From contig CBDCOZ010000003.1 in assembly GCA_965220085.1 (NCBI GenBank), forward strand, positions 288,001 to 352,000: a stretch of DNA of 64,000 nt, given 5' to 3'. A program made the position numbers and the translations under genes. This document shows positions 19,999 through 30,204 of the stretch, one piece after another (position 1 is the first letter of the stretch; the number at the start of each line of letters is the position of its first letter). The stretch is from Candidatus Oxydemutatoraceae bacterium. GTDB lineage: Bacteria; Pseudomonadota; Gammaproteobacteria; Poriferisulfidales; Oxydemutatoraceae. The notes under the pieces are model-generated. The model saw only the letters and a program-made list of their open reading frames with translations. It was not told where the DNA came from and searched no databases.

Positions 19999-20986
19999 AT
20001 GACAGTTCGCGATAGCCATCCCAAGCGCATCAACTTGTTGGACACCGCGGTTTCCACTGCCAATTTGGGCGACCTGATAATTGTGGGTTCAATGCTTAAG
20101 GAACTCAGTTTCGTGTTGGATAAGCTTCATGTCACAAATGTTCCTACGCATGACTATATCGGGAAAGTGGGACGAAAGCTTATCCAAGAATCCCCGCTGA
20201 GTTTGATGCTGGGCACCAATATCTTGCAGTCAAAGCACAAAATGAATCGCGGCTGGCGGTTGCGCCGCGGGGATGCGGCTTCTCTGGCGAACAAGGTTCT
20301 CCTTTGCGGGGTGGGCTGGAGCAATTACGAAAAGCGAGTCAGATACAGGCAGAAACGCTTTTACCGCAAAGCGTTGAATAGCGAGTTGCTTCACTCTGTG
20401 CGCGACAGCCGGGTGCAAGAGATGTTGCATGCGATTGGCATTACAAATGTTGTCAACACCTCTTGCCTGACCACATGGTCGCTAAACGAAGAGCATTGCA
20501 AGGAGATACCGACTAAGAAATCAAGCAAGGCGGTCTTCACCGTCACGGGGCATAAGCCCTCTGATAGCGACCGGCTGATGTTATCTACTCTGGATACAAT
20601 TTATGATGAGTTGCACTTCTGGCCTCAACAACTTGGGGATATGGAGTATTTTTTGAGTGTGGCAGATGAGGCAATGCTCAAGAAAGCAAATATAATTCCC
20701 CCCTCATTAAATGCTTACGATGCGTTTCTGGCAGAGAATGATACCGATTATGTCGGCACTCGCTTGCACGGCGGTATCCGTGCGTTGCAACACGATAAGG
20801 TCGGTCATCATAGGCATCGATGACCGCTCCTTGGAAATTCAGAAAGATATTAATTTGCCGGTGTTGGCCAGAAAAGATATTCGGAAACTGGGAGCAAGGT
20901 TGTTGTCCGGGTTTCCCACAGAATTGACTTTGCCTTTTAACCGCCTCTTCAGGAAGAGTGTGCGGAATTTGAAGAGGGTTTGTTGA
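19999..20986 (+). pseudogene. Polysaccharide pyruvyltransferase family, frameshifted copy A
   Basis: NLGDLII, SVRD, GTRLHGGI; 2-nt deletion near 20793 relative to copy B; 3' end runs into an IS relic. Confidence 0.82.
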
Positions 20987-21137
20987 GGACCAAATATGCG
21001 GACATTTCAATAATCGTCGGATAAATTGTCTGCTATGATTTAGCACCCAGCGACCACATTATGGACTGAAGATTCAAGCACTTAATGACACAGCACAATA
21101 TTTACCCCATGGGCCCAATATGTCATGGCATCATACA
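20936..21137 (+). mobile_element. IS481-family 3' relic with terminal repeat
   Basis: Matches 10134-10340; ends TGTCATGGCATCATACA. Confidence 0.8.
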
Positions 21138-21273
21138 AGTCTATCTATTGTGTGTTATATATGAAGTAGCATGAGCATGAGACAGCCTCAAGAGATTTAA
21201 ATCTTGAAGTACCTGCCGAAGCTTGCTAGTTAATAATACCAAGGGGTAGGGATATGGGTACCTTAAGAAAATT

Positions 21274-22560
21274 ATGGGAGCGCGTTGGCAGTCGGGCGAG
21301 GCTTTACTGGTCAAAGATATGGGGTCCCAGCGCATAATCAATATAGCCGCTTTGCTTATTGCGGGTGCTGGCGTTGTTATGACCTATCTCGAATATCTCG
21401 ACAGCCAAATGGCCAATCAACGCAACGAGCAAGATGATTACAGGCAAGCGGTGGCCAATCTAGTCGACGAGAAACCCGCATCGGTGCGATTGGGCATCCT
21501 CAATCTTTATGACCTGAGCAAAAGAGACCCGGCCAAGAGCAAGGAGATCACTGAGATATTGAGCGCTCATCTTCGCGAAGCCACGCAAGCCCAAGAATAT
21601 AAAAACTGCAAAGATGAGCCATCCGCCCCGATACAGTTCCTGATGGACAAGTTGAGCAAGTTGAATAAGGTCAACTTTGAACGCTGGAAAACCCATGACA
21701 TCAGGCTCGAGCTGAATGAATCTTGTCTGAACGGGGCCGATCTGGAGAAGGAACACCTGCAAGGGGCGTACTTGTACGGGGCGCAGTTGCAGGGTGCGAA
21801 CTTGGAAGGGGCTGGGTTGCAGGGTGCGGACTTGGAAGGGGCTGGGTTGCAGGGTGCGGACTTGGAAGGGGCGCAGTTGCAGGGGGCGTACTTGTACGGG
21901 GCGCAGTTGCAGGGGGCGTACTTGTACGGGGCGCAGTTGCAGGGTGCGAACTTGTACGGAGCGCAGTTGCAGGGGGCGTACTTGGAAGGGGCTGGGTTGC
22001 AGGGTGCGAACTTGGAAGGGGCGCAGTTGCAGGGTGCGAACTTGTACGGGGCGCAGTTGCAGGGTGCGAACTTGTACGGGGCGCAGTTGCAGGGTGCGAA
22101 CTTGTACGGAGCGCAGTTGCAGGGTGCGGACTTGGAAGGGGCGCAGTTGCAGGGCACTACAGATGATGGTATGTGGGACCAGTCGCAACCTGACACGAAC
22201 AACGACTGTAAAGGCGGGGATACAATTCTGGCCACAATTGAAAGGCGCATAGGGGAGCGCACCGGCAAGGAAACCAGCCTTGAAGGGGAAAATGTGGTGT
22301 TCAGTGGCGGATTGACCAAAGAGAAAATAACCGAGATCGAAGGAGTGCTGGATAAACTTGTCAAGGATGATTTGTTTGATGAACATGAAGCAGAACAATT
22401 GCCTGCATTGTTGCGAAAGCGACATACGGGCCCTAAGGTCTATGAGATACCCGAATCTGCCTCTACTGGCATACTCACAGAGAAGATGGTCAAGAACATC
22501 ATAGATGAGTACAAGCAGAGCACTATGCCTGACGCATCAGAAGATGCTTGTCAGGAGTGA
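21274..22560 (+). CDS. Pentapeptide-repeat protein with N-terminal TM
   Basis: (A[QGNDY]L[QEY]G)n array at 21735-22155. Confidence 0.9.
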   Translation: MGARWQSGEALLVKDMGSQRIINIAALLIAGAGVVMTYLEYLDSQMANQRNEQDDYRQAVANLVDEKPASVRLGILNLYDLSKRDPAKSKEITEILSAHLREATQAQEYKNCKDEPSAPIQFLMDKLSKLNKVNFERWKTHDIRLELNESCLNGADLEKEHLQGAYLYGAQLQGANLEGAGLQGADLEGAGLQGADLEGAQLQGAYLYGAQLQGAYLYGAQLQGANLYGAQLQGAYLEGAGLQGANLEGAQLQGANLYGAQLQGANLYGAQLQGANLYGAQLQGADLEGAQLQGTTDDGMWDQSQPDTNNDCKGGDTILATIERRIGERTGKETSLEGENVVFSGGLTKEKITEIEGVLDKLVKDDLFDEHEAEQLPALLRKRHTGPKVYEIPESASTGILTEKMVKNIIDEYKQSTMPDASEDACQE

Positions 22561-23295
22561 ACACATAATCTGATGTGGGGTGTTGTAGTGACAGCAGGCA
22601 GCAGGCCATCCGCAGACCGTGCTGTTAGCCGATGGCCATTGACACAAACGGCTTTGTTGTCCCGCTTTGCGGTGTTGCGTCAAGCGCGCTTCAGACAGGC
22701 AGCCGCACTCCGCACTCCAGATGGCACCAGGTGCGGAGCGGTCGCGCCATGGCGGCACGACGTGCGCCAGACTTGGCCAGATGGTCGTAATATGGCGCAG
22801 TCACTGGCCTGCGGGGGCATTGACTCCCTGAATACGCCGCCCAGCTTGTCAACACAAGCAGGCCCAGCCCCACAACCGAGACGGATGATGATTGACGCAA
22901 TCGCTTCCCACAGCATAGCCCTCGCCGCGCAAACACTGAATATGGCGATTGAATCCTGCGCCCGCATCCTGGCAGATGCGGTCACCCGCATAGCAGAACG
23001 CGCAATCTTTCTGGTCACATCTTTGACCGCCGCCATCCGCCTGTCCGCCGCCCACTTGACAGCACAAAAAGGACTCTATATGCTGGTTGCCAGCAACAGA
23101 GCCCGCCCGCGGGCCGCGCAACCGAGACAGATGATGACCAGAGCTACCGCCCCCCACAGCATCACCGGCCTGATGGACCGCATCGCAGAATTGCTGATGA
23201 TAGTACTGTCCCCGGGCAATACTCAGAATCGCGTAGCGCAGGCATCTGCCTGTGGCTTTGCATATTTCTTAACCTTAACTTAATAGGAGTATATT

Positions 23296-23895
23296 ATGTT
23301 TATCAAACTGACCAAAACCATCACCCTCATAGCTGCCGCCCTGATGATGACGACCATTGTTGCCGCCAGCGACACTGTTGAAGGAATCGTTAAAGATGCA
23401 CAAGTGCTGTACAACTACTGCCGAAGCTCAGACCATGGCCGCAAGCCGAGAGCCTCATGCACGGTTGCTGTTAAGGTCAGCGAGGTAAGCCTAAGCCGCG
23501 ACGACGACTATGTCTTGCTTAGTGGCGGAGCGGCACGATTCCGCAAGGCTGACGGATCGTACCAGAATCACGCGTCTGTCGAATTTGCCTACGATAATAA
23601 TGGTCGCCCCACCAGTATGAGCTATCGGGAAAGCTGTAGCCGGGCCAGGTCATACAGAAGAAGCAAAACCTGCACCGTGCGGTCGTTGATTGCAGCGGTT
23701 GCTGTGCCGAGCGACAAGTATGAACAGGCCAAGGATTTTATTGACAAAGGCGAGTTGTCTCTGCAGTGCCGCATTGAAGAGAATGGTGCCATACTGGTAT
23801 GCAACTTGAAGAGTAAGAAATACAGATCCAAAGCTATTAGGGGCGACAGGGTCAGCAACGATCCGACCAAGGTTATGACAAAGGTGAGCCAATGA
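23296..23895 (+). CDS. Hypothetical secreted Cys-containing protein
   Basis: AGGAG RBS; signal peptide; paralog fragment at 25913. Confidence 0.75.
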   Translation: MFIKLTKTITLIAAALMMTTIVAASDTVEGIVKDAQVLYNYCRSSDHGRKPRASCTVAVKVSEVSLSRDDDYVLLSGGAARFRKADGSYQNHASVEFAYDNNGRPTSMSYRESCSRARSYRRSKTCTVRSLIAAVAVPSDKYEQAKDFIDKGELSLQCRIEENGAILVCNLKSKKYRSKAIRGDRVSNDPTKVMTKVSQ

Positions 23896-23899
23896 TAGG

Positions 23900-24150
23900 A
23901 AACCATAGACGAGTAAAAACACTACCGCCAAAACCAATAAAGCAGGTGCCCATATTATGGACGCATTGATTAAATGTCCGCGAGAGATCGGTATGATGGA
24001 AAGCGTCATACCGACGCGGAGCCAATATCCCGATTCCAAGAGGAATGATGCGACAACCCATAATGCAGCGCAGCCAGTTGCCAAGAGTGATGCAACTTCG
24101 GGTGGCTTTAATCTGGCGGATAGCCAGACCTTCTTGGATTGATTGGGCAT
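23900..24150 (-). pseudogene. Truncated membrane-protein gene 5' part (duplicated at 26400-26650)
   Basis: Two TM segments, then runs antisense into the neighbouring gene; near-identical copy downstream. Confidence 0.5.
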
Positions 24151-24643
24151 GATACGATCTCCTTTGGGTCATGTTAATCGGCGATGTGCCGATGTTGGGT
24201 GTGCAATTGCACGGGTGGCAACCCGTATCCGCTTTGGAGGTTGGGCATTATGTGTTTATTCGTGCCCCTCGAGGTAACGAACTATCCTCTGGAATGACTC
24301 TGGAAACCAAGCACAAAAAGGAATCTATATGATGGTCGCCAGCAACAGAGCCCGCCCGCGGGTCGCACAACCGAGACAGATGATGACCAAGGCTACCGTC
24401 CCCCACAGCATCATCGGCCTGATGGACCGCATCGCAGAATTGCTGATGATAGTGCTGTCCCCCGGGCAATATTTAGAATCGCGTAGCGCAGGCATCCGCC
24501 CGCCGCTCAGGCAACCCTCACCTCTCAACTTTCCGAACATCCGCAACGCCAGCAATTCCGCTAGCGGGTGTAACCGTGCATTGCCGCAGGCATCTGCCTG
24601 TGGCTTTGCATGTTTCTTAACCTTAACTTAATAGGAGTATATT

Positions 24644-25831
24644 ATGACTAATTCCAACCCAGACCAAAAGAAGTCGGCTTTATTGCGATGGTCCCCGATC
24701 ATAATCAGTGCAGCCGCTGTGGTTATTGCGGGTGCTGGCGTTGTTATGACCTATCTTGAATATCGCGACGGTCAAAGGGCCGATCAACACAACGAGCAAG
24801 ATGATTACAGGCAAGCGGCGGCCAGTCTGGTCGACAAGGAACCCGTATCGGTGCGATTGAGCATCCTCAATCTTTATGACCTGGCCAAAAGAGACCCGAT
24901 CAGGAGCAAGGATATCACTGAGATGTTGAGTGCTCATCTTCGCGAAACCACGCAACTCTCACAATATCAGAGAGCCCACAAAGATGAGCCATCCGCCGAG
25001 ATACAGTTCCTTATGGGCAAGTTGAGCGAGTTGAATGAGGTCAACTTTGAGCGCTGGAAAACCCGTGACATCAAGCTCGAACTGTATAACTCTTATCTGC
25101 GCGAGGCCAATCTGAAGAAGAAACACCTGCAAGGGGCGAACTTGGAAGAGGCGCAGTTGGAAGGGGCGTACTTGAGAGAGGCGCAGTTGCAGGGGGCGAA
25201 CTTGGAGTGGGCGCAATTGCAGGGGGCGGACTTGGGCGAGGCGCAGTTGCAAGGGGCGTACTTGGAAGGGGCGGAGTTGCAAGGGGCGTACTTGGTCAAG
25301 GCGTACTTGGAAGGGGCGGAGTTGCAAGGGGCGTACTTGGAAGGGGCGGACTTGGTCGAGGCGCAGTTGCAAGGGGCGTGCTTGGAAGGGGCGGAGTTGC
25401 AAGGGGCGTACTTGGTCAAGGCGGACTTGGAGTGGGCGCAGCTGCAGGGTGCGAACTTGTACGAGGCGCAGTTGCAGGGTGCGAACTTGGAAGGGGCGGA
25501 GTTGCAGGGTGCGTACTTGGAGTGGGCGGAATTGCAGGAGGCGGACTTGGTCGAGGCGCAGTTGCAGGGTGCGAACTTGTACGGGGCGCAGTTGCAGGGT
25601 GCGAACTTGGAAGGGGCTGGGTTGCAGGGTGCGAACTTGTACGGGGCGCAGTTGCAGAAGGCGAACTTGGTCAAGGCGGACTTGGGCGAGGCGCAGTTGC
25701 AATGGGCGAACTTGGAAGGGGCGAACTTGGAAGGGGCGAACTTGAGAGAGGCGCAGTTGCAGGGTGCGAAAGTAAGCTGGGCACAGTTGACGACCCTGTA
25801 TGACCACACCGAGCCCGAAGTATCGCCCTAG
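24644..25831 (+). CDS. Pentapeptide-repeat protein with N-terminal TM, paralog 2
   Basis: N-terminal domain homologous to 21274; longer, more varied repeat array. Confidence 0.9.
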   Translation: MTNSNPDQKKSALLRWSPIIISAAAVVIAGAGVVMTYLEYRDGQRADQHNEQDDYRQAAASLVDKEPVSVRLSILNLYDLAKRDPIRSKDITEMLSAHLRETTQLSQYQRAHKDEPSAEIQFLMGKLSELNEVNFERWKTRDIKLELYNSYLREANLKKKHLQGANLEEAQLEGAYLREAQLQGANLEWAQLQGADLGEAQLQGAYLEGAELQGAYLVKAYLEGAELQGAYLEGADLVEAQLQGACLEGAELQGAYLVKADLEWAQLQGANLYEAQLQGANLEGAELQGAYLEWAELQEADLVEAQLQGANLYGAQLQGANLEGAGLQGANLYGAQLQKANLVKADLGEAQLQWANLEGANLEGANLREAQLQGAKVSWAQLTTLYDHTEPEVSP

Positions 25832-25912
25832 GCCAACAATGGCGATGACAGTACGCAGGTTGCGGATGCTACCGACGATACTAAAAGAGTCGCAGTCGTT
25901 GAAGAGGCAAAA

Positions 25913-26401
25913 GTGCTGTACAACTACTGCCGAAGCTCAGACCATGGCTACAAGCCGAGAGCCTCATGCACGGTTGTTGTTGATGCCAGCAAAGCAGGGA
26001 ACAGCTATGTCTTGCTTAATGGCGAAGCGGCGCGATTCCACAAGGTTGACGGGTCGCACCATAAGTACGCGTCTGTCGAATTTGATAATAAGGAGCACCC
26101 CACCAGTATGAGCTATCGGGAAAGCTGTAGCCGGGCCAGGTCATACAGAAGAAGCAAAACCTGCACCGTGCGGTCGTTGATTGCAGCGGTTGCTGTGCCG
26201 AGCGCCAAGTATAAATATGCCCAGGGTTTTATTGAAAAAGGCGAGTTGTCTCTGCAGTGCCGTAGCCGCATTGAAGAGAATGGTACCATACTGGTATGCA
26301 ACTTGAATAGTAAGGAATACAAATCCAAATATATTAGGGGCGACAGGGTCAGGGTCAGCAACGATCCGACCAAGGTTATGACAGAGGCAGACAATGATTA
26401 G
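25913..26401 (+). pseudogene. 5'-truncated paralog of the 23296 secreted protein
   Basis: LYNYCRSSDHG...DPTKVMT shared; signal peptide absent. Confidence 0.7.
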
Positions 26402-26969
26402 GAAACAGACGAGTAAAAACACTACCGCCAAAACCAATAAAGTAGGTGCCCATATTATGGACGCATTGATTAAATGTCCGCGAGAGATCGGTATGATGGA
26501 AAGCGTCATACCGACGCGGAGCCAATATCCCGATTCCAAGAGGAATGATGCGACAACCCATAATGCAGCGCAGCCAGTTGCCAAGAGTGATGCAACTTCG
26601 GGTGGCTTTAATCTGGCGGATAGCCAGACCTTCTTGGATTGATTGGGCATGATACGATCTCCTTTGGGTCATGTTAATCGGCGATGTGCCGATGTTGGGT
26701 GTGCAATTGCACGGGTGGCGGCCCGTAGCCGGAATGGCCTTGGTACTGCCGGTGTTTGATGGATTGGCGCATGGTCTCGGTTTGCAGAATGCGCCCCGCC
26801 ACAGTGGCCTGCGGCGGGGCTAGTTGATGGGTTGCGGCCGGGGCATAGCCTCCATCGCCAGCCCTGACGGCACAGGGTGCCACATGCATGGCACCCATCA
26901 GCATGGCGGTTGTGGCGGGGTTTGCGGTCTTGCTCATGATTGCCCCTCCAATGCTTCCCCTTTCAAGGG

Positions 26970-27407
26970 TTACCCCTTTATGTTATCCCGCGCCACCCCC
27001 TTGAACTTCTCATACGATCTCATGCCGCCCAGGCCCAGCAGACCGGCGGTCAGGCTAAACAGTGCCTCATCGTCCACGGCCAGCATCTGGCGGTACCCCT
27101 CCAGCTCCGTAGGTGTCATACCCCAACACCAAGCGGCAAGACCCAGCACCACTGACAAGCCCAGAAAGTGCCAGGCCAGACCGATTGCACATACCCACAG
27201 TATGGCGGGTCGGGCACCTGCGACAAATCTGCTCGGACGCTTTAAGTTGGTCAGGTTCTTCTCGTGGAGATTCTGGATCTCCTCCAATTTCTCGATGGCT
27301 TTATCGCGTTGCGTCTTGCCCTCGTTGCCCTTGAGAACCTTGATGAGCTCCCGGCTGGCCTTTATCAAGTTCGCTCCGCTACTAAGTGTGGCTTTGAGTA
27401 TTTCCAT
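26970..27407 (-). CDS. 3TM-type holin (GTA_holin_3TM-like)
   Basis: FVAGARPAILWVCA...LLGLGGMRSYEKFKGVA; AGGAGG RBS. Confidence 0.85.
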   Translation of the reverse strand: MEILKATLSSGANLIKASRELIKVLKGNEGKTQRDKAIEKLEEIQNLHEKNLTNLKRPSRFVAGARPAILWVCAIGLAWHFLGLSVVLGLAAWCWGMTPTELEGYRQMLAVDDEALFSLTAGLLGLGGMRSYEKFKGVARDNIKG

Positions 27408-27488
27408 GGTATTACCTCCTGTGCATAGGTATTTTTTAATCAAGGATTTCTCGCATAGTAGCAATGCCAGGAGAAAGTGTCAATCCCC

Positions 27489-28006
27489 TGTTTATGCCAA
27501 GACATATTGGGCACACGAAGCAAATTGTGATAAGTCTCAATCATTTCAAGGGTGCCATATCCAGCCAGCGACGCACGGATCGATAATCTCGATATGATGG
27601 CTTGCGAATGCCAAGCTTATAAGACAAATAGAGAAACGGGTTGGATGGAGCATCGTGTTGGGGTATGAGATTAAAGTCAAATAGTATCGGACGTGAACCG
27701 TGTCCGGGATGCATAGCCTTGAAACCCTTGCCAAGACGGAGCTTGCGCTGGTGTTCCTTTGACACCGTAGCCGATGTGTTGATATTGCTTGTCGGCTATG
27801 TTTTTTGTTGGAGCCAAGAATCCGGGATGTTTCTGGCATTATTCAGTCCAATATGCCATGGCATCATACAATTTAATGATTGTCGGATAAAATATCTGTC
27901 ATGGTTTAATACCCAGCGACCACACTATGGACTGGAACTTCAAGCACCTATGACACAAATTACACAATGTTTGCCCCAGGTGTCCAATATGTCATGGCAT
28001 CATACA
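27489..28006. mobile_element. IS481-family relic cluster with three terminal-repeat copies
   Basis: Ends at 27489, ~27870 and 28006; encloses the kinase fragment. Confidence 0.75.
27546..27690 (-). pseudogene. Inverted, divergent copy of the 3' end of the 28103 kinase
   Basis: DFNLIPQHDAPSNPFLYLSYKLGIRKPSYRD...APLK. Confidence 0.8.
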
Positions 28007-28102
28007 CAGAGTTGACTTTGCCTTTGCAAGATATCCAAAAGTGGAAAGATTCATTTCAGCAATTTTATGAGTGAGAGGTGGCTAAGTAGTAGCTAACGCC
28101 TA

Positions 28103-28726
28103 GTGACAGAGTATATAAATAAGTTGCCTAAGTTAGATATCCCTGAACTGAAAGTCTTTGAGTATATTGGCTCGGGGCGTCGCGCCTATGTGTATCGTGC
28201 GCACTGGGAAAATCGTGATGTTGTGGTGAAGCGATATGTGCCGGATTCCGAACAACGCTGTCAGAAGATTTGCGGAAAGTCGCTTGCTCAATTTGAGTAT
28301 CAACGCAATCGTGATTTTTATGCTGTTGATTGCTTGCGCCCTTATTGTGCGGAGCCGTTTGCCTGTCTGACATCGGCGAGCGGCGAGCGGGTATTTGTAC
28401 AGGAACATGTGGAAGGGCAAACCTTGTACAACTATATTGTCGAATCGGGATACTTGTCGGAAAAGCTGTTTGACATGGGAAAATTTATTGTCAAACAAGC
28501 GGAACAACACGGCATCCACGATTTGGATATGCCTGCTGTCAACATCAAAGTCATTCTCGCCGAGGGCAAGCCGCGATTGATTTTGACAGATTTTAATTTG
28601 ATACCCCAGCACTATGCGCCCCCTAATCCGTTTCTTTATCTGGCTTATAAGCTTGGTTATCGCAAGCCGTCGCATCGCGACTGGCGGGCGGTGCACGAGT
28701 GGCTTCGTCTGGCGCCCCTAAAATGA
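28103..28726 (+). CDS. Kinase-like (LPS kinase / RIO-like) protein
   Basis: IGSGRRAYVY, VVVK, HDLDMPAVNI, LTDFN. Confidence 0.78.
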   Translation: MTEYINKLPKLDIPELKVFEYIGSGRRAYVYRAHWENRDVVVKRYVPDSEQRCQKICGKSLAQFEYQRNRDFYAVDCLRPYCAEPFACLTSASGERVFVQEHVEGQTLYNYIVESGYLSEKLFDMGKFIVKQAEQHGIHDLDMPAVNIKVILAEGKPRLILTDFNLIPQHYAPPNPFLYLAYKLGYRKPSHRDWRAVHEWLRLAPLK

Positions 28727-28769
28727 TTTATATGCTGCGGCAAGCTCTATTTGATGGGCGGTTGATTCT

Positions 28770-29921
28770 ATGAAAATTGCTCAGGTTGTCGGTTTCATTA
28801 ATCCTGCGGGTGGCATATTGCGTGTCGTAATGGCACTAGCGAATGCTTTTGCTAAAGCTGGTCATACAACAGATGTCATTTACTGGGACAACGAGGTTCC
28901 TACGCATGCAAAAACTGCAAGTGCACAATTTGTCAAGCTGAACATCTTCGGTTTGTCGCGACATAATATTCTCAGCAATATCATCCGCAAGATGGGAAAA
29001 TTGATGTGGGGAGATTTTTCCTCCTATTTTTATTCGTTTTTTCTTACGCATCAAATGGAACGGTTTTTGGCACAAGGGGGTTACGACGCTGTTTTCTTTC
29101 ACACCCCCTACAACTTCGGTTTTTATAGGCTGGCACAATCACACTTTGTCGTGGTGCATACCACACTGAGCATGGATTTGTTTGATTCTGTTTCGGAAGC
29201 CCGCCGCCGTTTGTTGCAAAGAGCGCTTCCGCGCATTTTCAGAGACAAGCATTTGATTGCGGTATCAAAAAGCGTGCGCGATGATTTGGTGAAAAACTTC
29301 GGCGCCGATTCCGCCAAAGCAACATATATTTATAACCCGTTTGACTTTGATGCAATTGTCGCCGCCAGTCAGAGCGAACCTCCTCCACACCATCGTCCTT
29401 ATATTCTGGGTGCGGGCAGATATGTGCCGCCAAAGAACTTTGCGTTGTTAATACGAGCGTATGCGGAGGCTATGTGCGAAGAAGATCTGGTAATCATTGG
29501 CGATGGGAGGAGGGGAAGACGAGATTTACAAAAACTTGTCGAACAATTGGGAATACAGGATAGGGTGTATTTTGCCGGCTATCAACCTAATCCGTATCCA
29601 TGGTTTCGCCATGCTCATTTGTTTGTGCTGTCATCTGACTGGGAAGGTTGTCCGATGGTAATCCCGGAGGCATTGGCCTGTAAAACTCCGGTGGTCAGTA
29701 CCGATTGCCCAAGTGGCCCCAGAGAAATTCTCGGACATTGTGGGTTGCGGGATTATCTCGTACCGGTCGGCGATGTGGCGGCATTGGCAGGAAAGATGAG
29801 GGAGGCGCTCGCTAATCCGCCCGACCTTTCTGACATTGATGCAAAATTAAAAATATTTCAGGCGGATACGGTCGCTGAGCAATATCTCACTGTTATTAAT
29901 GCGGCGAAGGAGAAAAGATAG
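28770..29921 (+). CDS. Glycosyltransferase family 4, copy A
   Basis: GRYVPPKNF, FVLSSDWEG, EALACKTPVVSTDCPSGPREI. Confidence 0.92.
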   Translation: MKIAQVVGFINPAGGILRVVMALANAFAKAGHTTDVIYWDNEVPTHAKTASAQFVKLNIFGLSRHNILSNIIRKMGKLMWGDFSSYFYSFFLTHQMERFLAQGGYDAVFFHTPYNFGFYRLAQSHFVVVHTTLSMDLFDSVSEARRRLLQRALPRIFRDKHLIAVSKSVRDDLVKNFGADSAKATYIYNPFDFDAIVAASQSEPPPHHRPYILGAGRYVPPKNFALLIRAYAEAMCEEDLVIIGDGRRGRRDLQKLVEQLGIQDRVYFAGYQPNPYPWFRHAHLFVLSSDWEGCPMVIPEALACKTPVVSTDCPSGPREILGHCGLRDYLVPVGDVAALAGKMREALANPPDLSDIDAKLKIFQADTVAEQYLTVINAAKEKR

Positions 29922-29957
29922 AGCTTAGAGTCACACATCGTAAGCGAACAATCTCGT

Positions 29958-30156
29958 CTTGGATATGTCTGCTGTTAACATCAAAGCTATTCTCGTTGAG
30001 GGCAAGCCGCGATTAGTTCTGGCAGATTTTAATTTGATGCCCCAGCACTATGCGCCTCCTAATCCGTTTCTTTGTTTTGCTCATAAGCTTGGTTATCGTA
30101 AGCCATCATGTCGTGACTGGCGCGCTGTGAATGAGTGGCTTCGTTTGCACCTTTGA
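29958..30156 (+). pseudogene. Duplicated 3' end of the 28103 kinase
   Basis: Homologous to 28525-28726. Confidence 0.85.
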
Positions 30157-30204
30157 GGCAATTGATATGCTCGGTACATTTTTGTTTATAAAACATTTAT
30201 TCTC

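Noticed and set aside
22573-23283. 236-aa ORF as a real gene
   Set aside because: No recognisable motifs or RBS; it overlaps duplicated leader DNA and an internal repeat, so it is probably decayed sequence.
26674-27464. Prophage
   Set aside because: Only a holin; no structural, packaging or integrase genes.
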